DNA from: Acidimicrobiales bacterium | GTDB taxonomy: Bacteria; Actinomycetota; Acidimicrobiia; Acidimicrobiales; WLNW01 | Assembly (NCBI GenBank): GCA_035525225.1 | Contig: DATLFA010000012.1 | Location: 7,818-71,817, forward strand | DNA: 64,000 bases | Reading direction: 5' to 3' | Shown: positions 28,815-37,682 of the stretch, in pieces | Position numbering within the stretch: the first letter of the stretch is position 1 | Layout: each line of letters begins with the position of its first letter | Translations under genes and position numbers: made by a program | Notes under the pieces: model-generated | Told to the model about the DNA's origin: nothing | Databases searched by the model: none | The model's input: the letters and a program-made list of their open reading frames with translations, nothing else

Positions 28815-29795
28815 CTACGCGGCGTACACCACCGGTTGCCAGTCGAGGACATGAGCGGGTTCGTCGAGGCCGTCGCGTTCGGCGTGCACCAGCACCCGGA
28901 ACGCCAGCAGCCGTCCGTCGCCCAGAGGCTGCATCGCCGTGAGTTGGCTGGAGAACGACAACACGTCGTCCTCGAATACAGGACCCACGTGATCACAACT
29001 GTGCCAGCCGATGACGTGGGCCAGCGACGGCAGCAGGCGCGCCAACGATGCCTGCGCCAGGCCGATCGTGTGCCCGCCGTAGACCAGGCGCCGTCCCTTC
29101 TGGCCGAGTCGGGCATCACGGTGCACCGCGGCCTGATTCTGCGTGAGTCGCACGAGAGCCGGCGCGTCGGTCACCGTGTCGCGCATGGGGTCGTCGCGCA
29201 CCTCGTCGAGGTTCCAGTCCGTCGTTGCGCCGAGCGGCGCGAGGTTCCAAAGAACAGGTGCGAACGGTGCGTAGTCGGCGAACTCGAGCGGGCGCTGCGC
29301 GGCGCCGAGATCGTCGGCGTGTCCGGTGGGGGCCGGATCGCGGAGCGGCACCAGCGCGCATCGTTCATAGTCGGCGACGACATCGCCGGTGTCGCTGATG
29401 GTGTGGATGCCGATCAACGCCATGCCCCTTGGCGGCCGGTCGGGCTTGCGCGATGTCTCCCTCAAGCCGCGCACCTCGACCGTGGTCGACAATGTCTCGC
29501 CGACGCGAACCGGCCGGCGCAGGATGACCCCGCGGTAGAAGAGGTTGGCCACGACCCGGCGCGTGGCGACGGTGCTCTGCCCGATCGAGAAGTGCAGCGC
29601 CAGCGCGGGGTTGACGATGGGGCGGGGATCGCCGGTGACTGCATGTACGAGTGGTCGCGAGAGCGCGAGCGCGTACGGATCGCCGACGATCGCCTGGTAG
29701 AGCGCTGTCTCGCCGACGCCGATGGTGATCGGCGGCGCAGGGGGCAGCGTTTCGCCGACGCGGAAGTCGTCGAAGTACGGACCGTCGAGAGGCAT
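28815..29795 (-). CDS. MaoC-like (double hot-dog) acyl dehydratase/hydratase
   Basis: ATG at 29795 within track ORF 28815..30083 gives MPLDGPYFDDFRVGETL... (326 aa). There are two hot-dog halves, the second containing ...LVYGGHTIGLA... Confidence 0.75.
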   Translation of the reverse strand: MPLDGPYFDDFRVGETLPPAPPITIGVGETALYQAIVGDPYALALSRPLVHAVTGDPRPIVNPALALHFSIGQSTVATRRVVANLFYRGVILRRPVRVGETLSTTVEVRGLRETSRKPDRPPRGMALIGIHTISDTGDVVADYERCALVPLRDPAPTGHADDLGAAQRPLEFADYAPFAPVLWNLAPLGATTDWNLDEVRDDPMRDTVTDAPALVRLTQNQAAVHRDARLGQKGRRLVYGGHTIGLAQASLARLLPSLAHVIGWHSCDHVGPVFEDDVLSFSSQLTAMQPLGDGRLLAFRVLVHAERDGLDEPAHVLDWQPVVYAA

Positions 29796-29823
29796 TGGCA
29801 GGCTGTCGGTCAACGGTGCAGCG

Positions 29824-30672
29824 TCAGTCGACGATGCCGCGTGCGGCTTTTTCGAGCTCGTCGCCGAGGCGCTTTTGGTGCAACGGCGTGAGATCCGGGA
29901 AACGGCGCAGCGAGCAGCCGCCGTCGACGGTGAGGCACTGGCCGGTGGTCCAGGTGGATTCGGGGCCGGCGAAATAGCGGATCGCGCCGGCGATGTCCTC
30001 GGACTCGCCGTCGCGGTCGAGCGGCTGCTGCTCCATGTACGCGGCGACCGTCGCGTCGTCGGCGAACATGGCGACGGTCGCATCGGTGCGGGTCAGCCCG
30101 GGCCGCACGGCGTTGACGCGGATCTTGTGACGACCGAGCTCTTCTGCTGCGCAGCGCACCAGCATCTCGAGGCCGGCCTTGGCCGCGCAGTACGCGGCGA
30201 ACATCGGTGCCGGCTGGATGCCCTGCATCGACGACACACCGACGAACGAGCCGCCGGTGCCTTGGCGCACCATCGCCGAACCCGAGTGCTTGAGCAACAC
30301 GTACATCGACGAGATATTGCGCCGCATGATCTCTTCGAGCATGTCGACCGACATACGCAACACCGGCTTCATCGCTCCACCACCAGGCACCGCAACCGCA
30401 GCGTCGAGGCGGCCGGTGGGATCCATGGTGAAGTCGATCGCCTTGCGCACCTGATCTTCGTCGAGGTTGTCGCAGACGAACGAGCGGATCGAGCCACCCG
30501 CCTCGGCGGCCTCGGCCGTGTGCCGACTCACGACCGCGTCGAGCTTGGACTCGGTACGCCCGGACACGACGACGTGTGCGCCGTCGCGCACCAGCACCGC
30601 CGCGGTGGCACGCCCGATGCCGCCACCTCCGCCGGTGATCAGCGCCGTCATGCCGTTCATTGCTCGAGCCAT
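29824..30672 (-). CDS. SDR family oxidoreductase
   Basis: Track ORF of 282 aa with ALITGGGGGIG and YCAAK. The start could be a downstream ATG at 30660 or 30651. Confidence 0.88.
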   Translation of the reverse strand: MARAMNGMTALITGGGGGIGRATAAVLVRDGAHVVVSGRTESKLDAVVSRHTAEAAEAGGSIRSFVCDNLDEDQVRKAIDFTMDPTGRLDAAVAVPGGGAMKPVLRMSVDMLEEIMRRNISSMYVLLKHSGSAMVRQGTGGSFVGVSSMQGIQPAPMFAAYCAAKAGLEMLVRCAAEELGRHKIRVNAVRPGLTRTDATVAMFADDATVAAYMEQQPLDRDGESEDIAGAIRYFAGPESTWTTGQCLTVDGGCSLRRFPDLTPLHQKRLGDELEKAARGIVD

Positions 30673-30721
30673 TGTTCCCCAGTCCCCTCTGTCGTTGGCG
30701 CCACCCTACGATGTCGCTGCC

Positions 30722-32215
30722 ATGTCCGTCATCCACACACGCGTTCGCAACGACGACATTCAATCCGGAGGCAACCGCGTGGCGCGCGCGCTCGATCGCG
30801 CCGGTGTCGCCTCGCGCGGCAACGTCGCCGTGCTACTCCCCAACGTGGTCGAGTTCTTGTGGACGTACCGGGGATGCGCGTGGTCGGGCCGGCGATTCAC
30901 CCCGATGTCGTGGCGCTGGTCGATCGACGAGGCGACCTACGTCGTCGAGAACTGCGAGGCCGACATCGTCATCGCGCATTCGCGTTTCGCCGACATCGCG
31001 CGCAGCGCGGCCGCCGCGCTGCCCCCTGAGCGGCGTATTTCCGTCGGCGGTCCGATCGAAGGTTTCGTGCCGTTCGAAGAGTTCGTGACCGGATGCTCGA
31101 CCGAGGCGCTCGAAGATCCGATCGCGGGCGACACCATGCTCTACACGTCGGGCACGACAGGCCGGCCCAAGGGTGTGTTGCGGCCGATGGCGGCCGATAT
31201 GCCACCACCGTCGCGCGTCGGGCGCGGGGGCATGATGATGTTGCAGACCTACCTCGCCGGCGAACCCGACCGTGTGCATCTCGTCGCGGCTCCGCTCTAT
31301 CACTCGGGGCCGGTGTCGTACTGCGAAGGTGCCTCGTTGCTCGGCGCCGATGTCGTGTTGATGGACGGTTGGGACGCGGCCGAGTTCCTCCATCTCGTCG
31401 AGTCGCACGCAGTGACGTCGACGTTCGTGGTGCCCATTCATTTCGTGCGACTGCTGAAGCTCACCGACGAGGAGCGCGCTCGCTATGACCTGTCGTCGTT
31501 GCGCCTGGTCGTGCACGGTGCTGCACCTACCGCGGTCGAAGTGAAGCGCAAGATGATCGAGTGGTTCGGCCCGATCCTCTACGAGTTCTACGGGGGCACC
31601 GAAGGCGGCGGCATCTCGATCTCGTCGCCGGAGTGGTTGCGCAAGCCGGGCAGCGTCGGCCGGCCGTACAACCCGGCGGTCCAGTTGCACATCCTCGACG
31701 ACAAGGGCCAACCGTGCGCGGCGGGGGTCGAGGGTACCGTCTATTTCCGCCAGCCCGACCCGGTCACCTACAAGGACGATCCGGAAAAGACGAGAGACGC
31801 ACACCGAGGCGATCTGTTGACCCTCGGTGACATCGGGTATCTCGACGACGAGGGCTTTCTCTTCTTGTGTGATCGGCGGGCCGACGTGATCGTCTCGGGC
31901 GGCGTCAACGTGTATCCGGCGCAGATCGAATCGGTCCTGCTCGACCATGCGGCAATCGCCGACTGTTGTGTGGTGGGCGCCCCCGACGACGAATGGGGGG
32001 AAGCCGTGTGCGCGGTGCTCCAGTTGCGACCGGGCGTCGACCTCGACGAGGCGATGCGCGATGACCTGCGGCAATGGTGCCGCGAGCGGCTCGCCGGCTA
32101 CCAGGTGCCGCGCACGATCCACGCGGTGGACGAATTGCCGAGGACCGAAACCGGCAAGATGGCCCGCCACATCGTGCGCGCGTCTTTTTGGTCACACCAG
32201 ACTCGTAGGATATGA
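30722..32215 (+). CDS. AMP-dependent synthetase/ligase (acyl-CoA synthetase)
   Basis: ATG at 30722 within track ORF 30467..32215 gives 497 aa. The AMP-binding motif YTSGTTGRPKGV is present, plus GDIGYLDDEGFLFLCDR and a C-terminal ...PRTETGK. Confidence 0.9.
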   Translation: MSVIHTRVRNDDIQSGGNRVARALDRAGVASRGNVAVLLPNVVEFLWTYRGCAWSGRRFTPMSWRWSIDEATYVVENCEADIVIAHSRFADIARSAAAALPPERRISVGGPIEGFVPFEEFVTGCSTEALEDPIAGDTMLYTSGTTGRPKGVLRPMAADMPPPSRVGRGGMMMLQTYLAGEPDRVHLVAAPLYHSGPVSYCEGASLLGADVVLMDGWDAAEFLHLVESHAVTSTFVVPIHFVRLLKLTDEERARYDLSSLRLVVHGAAPTAVEVKRKMIEWFGPILYEFYGGTEGGGISISSPEWLRKPGSVGRPYNPAVQLHILDDKGQPCAAGVEGTVYFRQPDPVTYKDDPEKTRDAHRGDLLTLGDIGYLDDEGFLFLCDRRADVIVSGGVNVYPAQIESVLLDHAAIADCCVVGAPDDEWGEAVCAVLQLRPGVDLDEAMRDDLRQWCRERLAGYQVPRTIHAVDELPRTETGKMARHIVRASFWSHQTRRI

Positions 32216-32409
32216 CAAGTATCGAGACGCACCGCGGTTTAAGGTCACCCGATCGACACTCAGAGTGATCGGGCCTGGACTATCGCCTTGGCAGATGGAC
32301 CATCGCGGTAGAAATCATTGCGCGTCACGTGCACAAGGTAGGACTGTTTACCTACCCTTTACATTCGGTGACTCGCAGCGGTGGGCGAGCGCTGAGGAGC
32401 CGAGCAGTA

Positions 32410-32721
32410 ATGCTGAACGCTGACGTCCGCGTCTATAGCGATCCGTCCGAGTGGATGCCCCACGGGGCTTGTCGAGGGCAGAGCGAGTTGTTTTTCGCTC
32501 CCTTCGCCGAGCGGCCCGAGGCGCGAGCGCGCAGGGAGGCCAAGGCTCGAGCGATCTGCGTCAACTGTCCCGTCGTCGGCCCTTGCCGCGACTACGCCCG
32601 CGACAATCGCGAACTCGGCTTCTGGGGCGGCGAGTCAGAGGCCGAGCGGGCCTCGGCGGGCTACGCGCCGACGACACCGATCATCGGTCGTCGTCGTGTG
32701 GGTCAGTCACTCGCGTTCTGA
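32410..32721 (+). CDS. WhiB family transcriptional regulator
   Basis: ATG at 32410 within track ORF 32329..32721. It has four Cys (GACRGQ ... ICVNCPVVGPCRDYA) and a GFWGG turn. The start is uncertain; GTG at 32368 is possible. Confidence 0.85.
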   Translation: MLNADVRVYSDPSEWMPHGACRGQSELFFAPFAERPEARARREAKARAICVNCPVVGPCRDYARDNRELGFWGGESEAERASAGYAPTTPIIGRRRVGQSLAF

Positions 32722-32734
32722 CCCCCGGCGTTGC

Positions 32735-32760
32735 GGGCCCGAGCGGCCTCTGAGCGGAGA
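32735..32760. repeat. REP-like element
   Basis: GGGCCCGAGCGGCCTCTGAGCGGAGA lies between the convergent stops at 32721 and 32762. Confidence 0.6.
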
Positions 32761-32761
32761 T

Positions 32762-33727
32762 CTAGCCCGCGAACTGCGGCCTGATCCTCGCCAGCAGTTC
32801 GATGTGGCGGTGCACGATGTCGTCGGGCATGCCGGCGATGCTCGCCCACAGATAGATCTCTTCGGCCGGCACACCATCGGTGAGTTGGCGTAGACGGGTC
32901 ACCGCGTCGGTCGGATCGAGCACCTCGATCGGTGGGATGACCCCGGGCTTCGACCGGCCCTCGCGCAGCTTTTCCGGAGTGATGAGGCTCGGCGTGCGCC
33001 CTGATCCAACGGCTGCGGCCGCGCGGTACGTGTTGAGCTGGTGACAGACATACGGCAGCAGCCGTTCGTAGGTCGACTCGGGGTCGTCGGCCAGGATCAC
33101 ACCGAGCAGGCCCATCATGCGCGCCGACGACGGGTCGTAGCCGCCGTCGACCAGACCCGCTCGGTAGGGTGTCAACAACTCGGCGTTGAGCGAGAGCAGC
33201 CCGCAGCCGAGGCGCCCGGCGCGGCGCGCGCCCTGCGGGCCCTGATAGCCGGCCCATATGGGGAACGGTCGCTGGATCGGGGAAGGCGTCACCCCGCCAT
33301 CGTCGAGGAGTGTGCGAATTTCACGGATGCGGCTGTCGGTGGTGCCGTAACGGGTCGCCAGATCGGCACCGAACGCATCGAACTCGCGCTTCGCATACCC
33401 GGCGCCGAGACCGACGCGGAGCCGCCCGTTGCTGATGATGTCGACCAACGCTGCTTGCTCCGCGAGATCGACCGGATGATGCAGCGGCGCGACGACGATC
33501 GCGGTGCCCAACAACACTCGCGTCGTGCGGGCCGCGATCGCGGCGAGCAACGTGAAGGGCTGCGGCAGATAGCCGTCGTCGAAGAAGTGATGCTCGCTCG
33601 CCCACACCGAGTCGAGGCCGAGTCGCTCGGACTCGACGGCGAGGTCGATCGCGTCCGCATAGAGCGCGGCCGGTGATCGCTGCCATTCGGCCGGGTTGCG
33701 CAGGTCGAAGTAGATACCGATTCTCAT
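32762..33727 (-). CDS. LLM-class (possibly F420-dependent) oxidoreductase
   Basis: Track ORF of 321 aa: MRIGIYFDLRNP...LDSVWASEHHFF...RLRVGLGAGY... Confidence 0.85.
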   Translation of the reverse strand: MRIGIYFDLRNPAEWQRSPAALYADAIDLAVESERLGLDSVWASEHHFFDDGYLPQPFTLLAAIAARTTRVLLGTAIVVAPLHHPVDLAEQAALVDIISNGRLRVGLGAGYAKREFDAFGADLATRYGTTDSRIREIRTLLDDGGVTPSPIQRPFPIWAGYQGPQGARRAGRLGCGLLSLNAELLTPYRAGLVDGGYDPSSARMMGLLGVILADDPESTYERLLPYVCHQLNTYRAAAAVGSGRTPSLITPEKLREGRSKPGVIPPIEVLDPTDAVTRLRQLTDGVPAEEIYLWASIAGMPDDIVHRHIELLARIRPQFAG

Positions 33728-33730
33728 GAT

Positions 33731-34531
33731 TCACAATCCCATGAAGCCGCCGCCGTCGACGATGAGCGTCTGTCCGGCGACGAAGCGGGCAAGGTCACTG
33801 GCGAAGAACACGGCGGCCGGGCCGATGTCGGTGGCGGGGTCACCGACGCGTTGCAGCGGAGTGCGCTTGACCAACCGGGCTTCGAGCACCGGGTTGGCCT
33901 TGTACGCGACGACGAGCGCGGGTGTCATTGCCACCGGCCCGATGAGATTGACCCGTATGCCTTCGGGCCCCCACTCGCGGGCCAGGCTCTTGCCGAACCC
34001 TCGTTGTGCGGCCTTGACCATGCCGTACACGGGAAGGTACGGGCTGCCCTCGATGCCGGTCGCCGACGTGATGAGCAGGTAGCTGCCCTGTACGGCCTTC
34101 AGATGCGGGTACGCGACCTGCGCGCAGTCGAACGACGCGCGCACTGCGCTCGACACCATGCCCTGCCAAAGGCCGGGTTCGATGTCTTGGATCTCGGTAG
34201 GCGGGCCTACTCCTGACACTGCGTTGTGCACGACGCAGTCGAGACGACCGAAGGTGTCGACGGTGAACGCCACCGTCTCCTCGATGCTCGAGCGTTGCGT
34301 GACGTCGCAGCGGAAGAAGACCGCAGTGCCGCCCTGATCTGTGATCTCTTGCGCGGCCGGCTCGCCGTTGTCGGGTCGCCGCGCCGCGATGACGACCTTG
34401 GCGCCGTGTTGCGCCATCGCCATCGCGATGCCATATCCGACACCGCCGCCCGCGCCGGTCACGATGACCGCCTTGCCGTCGAGCAGCCTTGTATCGCCGC
34501 CGACCAGCCTTGCATCGGTCGGGGCGTTCAC
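33731..34531 (-). CDS. SDR family oxidoreductase (canonical catalytic motifs)
   Basis: GTG at 34531 (GTGA overlap with the upstream stop) within track ORF 33731..34765. It has VIVTGAGGGVGYG and YGMVK. Confidence 0.88.
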   Translation of the reverse strand: MNAPTDARLVGGDTRLLDGKAVIVTGAGGGVGYGIAMAMAQHGAKVVIAARRPDNGEPAAQEITDQGGTAVFFRCDVTQRSSIEETVAFTVDTFGRLDCVVHNAVSGVGPPTEIQDIEPGLWQGMVSSAVRASFDCAQVAYPHLKAVQGSYLLITSATGIEGSPYLPVYGMVKAAQRGFGKSLAREWGPEGIRVNLIGPVAMTPALVVAYKANPVLEARLVKRTPLQRVGDPATDIGPAAVFFASDLARFVAGQTLIVDGGGFMGL

Positions 34532-35196
34532 AGCGTGAGCCAGACGCCGCCGTCGGCGACGAGAGTGGTGCCGGTGAGGAAGTGCGCGTCGTCGCGGCTC
34601 AGCAGCGAGATCAGCGGAGCAAGGTCGGTGACGGCATCGCCCGGGCTGCCCATCGCGGGTACGGCCAACGAGACTCCTTCGGCCACCTCGCGACCGACTT
34701 CGCCGGCGATGACATGTTGCGGACCCACCGCGATCGCGTTGACGGTGATGCCGTACTTGCCCCACTGCTTGGCCACGCTCTTGGTGAGCGCACGCAACGA
34801 TTCGGCGGATGCCGCCGATGCCGCGAGGCCGAACGCGCCGGCCATGCCGATCGTCGACACGACGAACACGAGGCGTCCGTGCTCACTGCCCGCGAGCACC
34901 GGATGGGCCGCCTGGGTCAGATGGAAGGCCGCCGCCATCGAGTCTTCGCACATCCCGATCCACTGGTCGGTCGTGGCCTCGACGACGGTGGTTCGGGTCT
35001 GCGCCGACTGATGCACGTGGACGAACGTGTCGATGGCTCCGAGAGCGGTTGCGGCCTCGGTGACCAGCCGGCCCACTGCCGCTTTGTCGACCTCGACGAT
35101 GGCGCGTTGTTCGACCGCGTGTCCTGCGGCGCGCAGGCCCTCCGCGAGTTGCGTCGCCAACCGCCCGTCCCCGGTGACCAGCATGCGACGCGTCAT
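34528..35196 (-). CDS. SDR-fold protein with degenerate cofactor and catalytic motifs (probable non-catalytic partner)
   Basis: ATG at 35196 (ATGA overlap) within track ORF 34528..35250 gives 222 aa. VTGDGRLAT replaces TGxxxGxG. Where YxxxK is expected (anchored on LTKS) the sequence is S-A-A-S-A. Confidence 0.75.
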   Translation of the reverse strand: MTRRMLVTGDGRLATQLAEGLRAAGHAVEQRAIVEVDKAAVGRLVTEAATALGAIDTFVHVHQSAQTRTTVVEATTDQWIGMCEDSMAAAFHLTQAAHPVLAGSEHGRLVFVVSTIGMAGAFGLAASAASAESLRALTKSVAKQWGKYGITVNAIAVGPQHVIAGEVGREVAEGVSLAVPAMGSPGDAVTDLAPLISLLSRDDAHFLTGTTLVADGGVWLTL

Positions 35197-36023
35197 GATT
35201 CGTTCCCGTTCAACCACTCGGGCCAGTCGGTCGACACGCGCAGTTGCCATCGTGGTGGGCGGCGCTCGAGGAAGGCCATCACGCCTTCGTGCGCATCGGC
35301 TCGCCCCATCAGGTGGAGGTGGAGCTTGGTCTCGAGATCATTGATCGTGGCGCGATCGGGCGGCGGATCGGACCACAACAGGTGCTTGCTGACCGCCACC
35401 GAAACGGGGGCGACGTTGACCGCGATGTCGCGCGCGATCTCGCGCGCACGCGGCAGCACTTGTGCAGCATCGGCCGCCTCGTTGGCCAACCCCCAGCGTT
35501 CGGCATCGTCGCCGCTGAACATCTTGCCGGTCAACAAGATCTCCGCGGCGCGCGCGAAGCCGACGATGCGTGGCAGGGCCCAGTGCGAATCGAGGTCGGG
35601 CATGACGCCTCGCCGGTTCTGCACGATGCCGAGCTTGGCGTCATGGGCGACGATGCGGAGATCGCAGTGAAGGGTCATCGTCAACCCCATGCCTACCGCG
35701 GCCCCGTTGATCGCGGCGATGACCGGCTTGCGCACTTGCCACGCCGCGTATTTGTAGGGATTCGAATTGAATGCCTTGCGATCGCTCGGCGCGCCGAAGA
35801 CCGCGGATCCGCCCGAGAAGTCCGCGCCCGAACAGAATGCACGGCCGGCGCCGGTGACCACGACGGCACGCACGTCGTCGCTTCCGTCGCACGCGCGAAA
35901 CGCGTCTTGCACCTCGTTGCCCATCTGAGAGCTGAAGGCGTTGAGCACCTCGGGGCGGTTGAGGGTGATTGTCGCGACACCCTCCTCGATCGAGAACAGA
36001 ATGTGCTCGTAGCTGCTGTTCAC
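35193..36023 (-). CDS. enoyl-CoA hydratase/isomerase (crotonase) family
   Basis: GTG at 36023 within track ORF 35193..36092 gives VNSSYEHILFSIEEGVATITLNRPEVLNAF...GAGRAFCSGADF. Confidence 0.88.
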   Translation of the reverse strand: MNSSYEHILFSIEEGVATITLNRPEVLNAFSSQMGNEVQDAFRACDGSDDVRAVVVTGAGRAFCSGADFSGGSAVFGAPSDRKAFNSNPYKYAAWQVRKPVIAAINGAAVGMGLTMTLHCDLRIVAHDAKLGIVQNRRGVMPDLDSHWALPRIVGFARAAEILLTGKMFSGDDAERWGLANEAADAAQVLPRAREIARDIAVNVAPVSVAVSKHLLWSDPPPDRATINDLETKLHLHLMGRADAHEGVMAFLERRPPRWQLRVSTDWPEWLNGNES

Positions 36024-36108
36024 CTCGGCCCCTCGTTCCCGCCCGCGACCTTCCCGACCGTAGTCGTCGTTGCTGCATCGTGTGCCATTCACGTGCTAAC
36101 GAAGGGGG

Positions 36109-37587
36109 ATGGCTCTCGACCCAAGAACCCCCATCCTCGTTGGCGCCGGCACCGCGATGCAGCGATTCGACGACCCCCGCGAAGGTGTCGACGTGATCGA
36201 ACTCATGGCGGACGCGGTGCGCAACGCCGCCGAAGATGCCGGTAGTCCGTCGCTGCTCGACCGGGTCAGCCTGGTGCTGTCGATGAAGGGGATGTGGCCG
36301 TACGCGGATCCGGGCGGATTGATCGCGGCGCGCGTCGGGGTGTCGGACCCGCACACGGTGACGGTCGCCCCCGGCGTGATACAGACGTCGGTCTTCGCCC
36401 GCGCGCTCGACGACCTGGCGTCAGGTGCACACGATGCGGTGCTGGTGACCGGAGGCGAGGCGAAGTTCCGCGAGTTGCGTGCGTCGATCCTCGGTGTGAC
36501 CGCACCGACGACCGTCGAAGCAGACGGCGCGCAGCCCGGCGAAGCGTGGAACCCCAAGCCCGGCATCATCGGCCCGCGTGAAGTGGCGCTGCGTCTCGTA
36601 CAGGCGACCCATCACTACGCGATGATCGAGAACGCCCGACGCGCGTTCGACGAGCAGACCCTCGACGATCACGCGCGCGTCGTCGCCCGGCTGTGGGCCG
36701 ACTTCAACGTCGTCGGTCAGGGCAACCCAGACGCGTGGAACCGCCAGCCGATGAGCGCGGACGAGATCCGGGTGCCCTCGCCCAAGAACCGGCCCTTGGC
36801 GTTTCCGTACAACAAGTGGCACAACTCGCAGTGGAACGTCGATCAAGCCGGCGCGTTGCTCTTCACCACCGTCGGTGTTGCGGAGTCGTGCGGCGTGCCG
36901 CGCGACCGTTGGATCTTCCCGCACGCGATCGCCAACAGCCAGCACTGTGTGCCGGTGTCGGAGCGGGCCGAGATCGCCCGATCGGCGGGTTTCCGGATCG
37001 CCGGCCGGGCTGCCTTCGAGCACGCCCGAGCGAGCACCGATGACGTGGCGCACATCGAGCTGTACAGCTGCTTTCCGATCGCGGTCCGCACCCAGATGCT
37101 CGAGTTGGGCCTCGCGCCGGGGCGACAGGTCACCGAAAGTGGCGGCATGACCTGGGCCGGCGGTCCGCTCAACAACTGGGTCGTGCAGGGCTTGGCGAAG
37201 ATGGCCGAGGTGCTGCGGTCCGACGCCGGTTCGCTCGGCCTCGTCACGGCGATCAGCGGCATGATCACCAAGCAGGGCGTGTCGTTGTGGTCGACCGACC
37301 CGCCGGCGCAGCCGTATCGCAGCATCGACGTCACCGACGAGGTCGAGGCCGCGACGGGTGTGCGCGCGCTCGTCGACGCGACTGACACCACGGCGACCGT
37401 CGCCACGTACACGGTGCTCGACGACGACCCTTCGGGCACGCGCCGCGGCATCGTCATCGGTGACCTCGATGACGGATCGCGAGTGCTCGTCTCCACCGAC
37501 GACGGCGACGTGACGCAATCGATGACAACCGAAGAGTGGTGCGGCCGCCGAGTCCGCATCGCGCCCGGCGAACGCCTCACCGGCTGA
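36109..37587 (+). CDS. thiolase-fold protein (SCP-x/Ltp type) with ~110-aa C-terminal extension; no evident nucleophilic Cys
   Basis: Track ORF of 492 aa with GAAGGGGG upstream. ...LASGAHDAVLVTGGE... aligns to the thiolase N-domain, but the Cys position reads PGVIQTS. ELYSCFP is typical of Ltp-type proteins. The tail ATVATYTVLDDDPSGTRRGIVIGDLDDGSRVLV looks OB-fold/DUF35-like (weak). Confidence 0.7.
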   Translation: MALDPRTPILVGAGTAMQRFDDPREGVDVIELMADAVRNAAEDAGSPSLLDRVSLVLSMKGMWPYADPGGLIAARVGVSDPHTVTVAPGVIQTSVFARALDDLASGAHDAVLVTGGEAKFRELRASILGVTAPTTVEADGAQPGEAWNPKPGIIGPREVALRLVQATHHYAMIENARRAFDEQTLDDHARVVARLWADFNVVGQGNPDAWNRQPMSADEIRVPSPKNRPLAFPYNKWHNSQWNVDQAGALLFTTVGVAESCGVPRDRWIFPHAIANSQHCVPVSERAEIARSAGFRIAGRAAFEHARASTDDVAHIELYSCFPIAVRTQMLELGLAPGRQVTESGGMTWAGGPLNNWVVQGLAKMAEVLRSDAGSLGLVTAISGMITKQGVSLWSTDPPAQPYRSIDVTDEVEAATGVRALVDATDTTATVATYTVLDDDPSGTRRGIVIGDLDDGSRVLVSTDDGDVTQSMTTEEWCGRRVRIAPGERLTG

Positions 37588-37615
37588 CCCGTGGCTTTCA
37601 CCGATCCGTTCTTGT

Positions 37616-37649
37616 GGCGTTTTACAGGTGTCGACACCTGTAAAACGCC
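37616..37649. terminator. perfect 34-nt palindrome, candidate bidirectional terminator
   Basis: GGCGTTTTACAGGTGTC|GACACCTGTAAAACGCC lies between the convergent stops at 37587 and 37683. Confidence 0.6.
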
Positions 37650-37682
37650 AACAGAAGGGGTTGCGAACGGTTGCAGGGGGCG

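Noticed and set aside
36109-37587. Calling this gene a canonical acetyl-CoA acetyltransferase (fadA/atoB-like).
   Set aside because: By my alignment, the nucleophilic Cys motif and the C-terminal CxGGGxG motif seen in the genuine thiolase at 20792..22012 are absent. I kept it as a thiolase-fold protein of uncertain activity.
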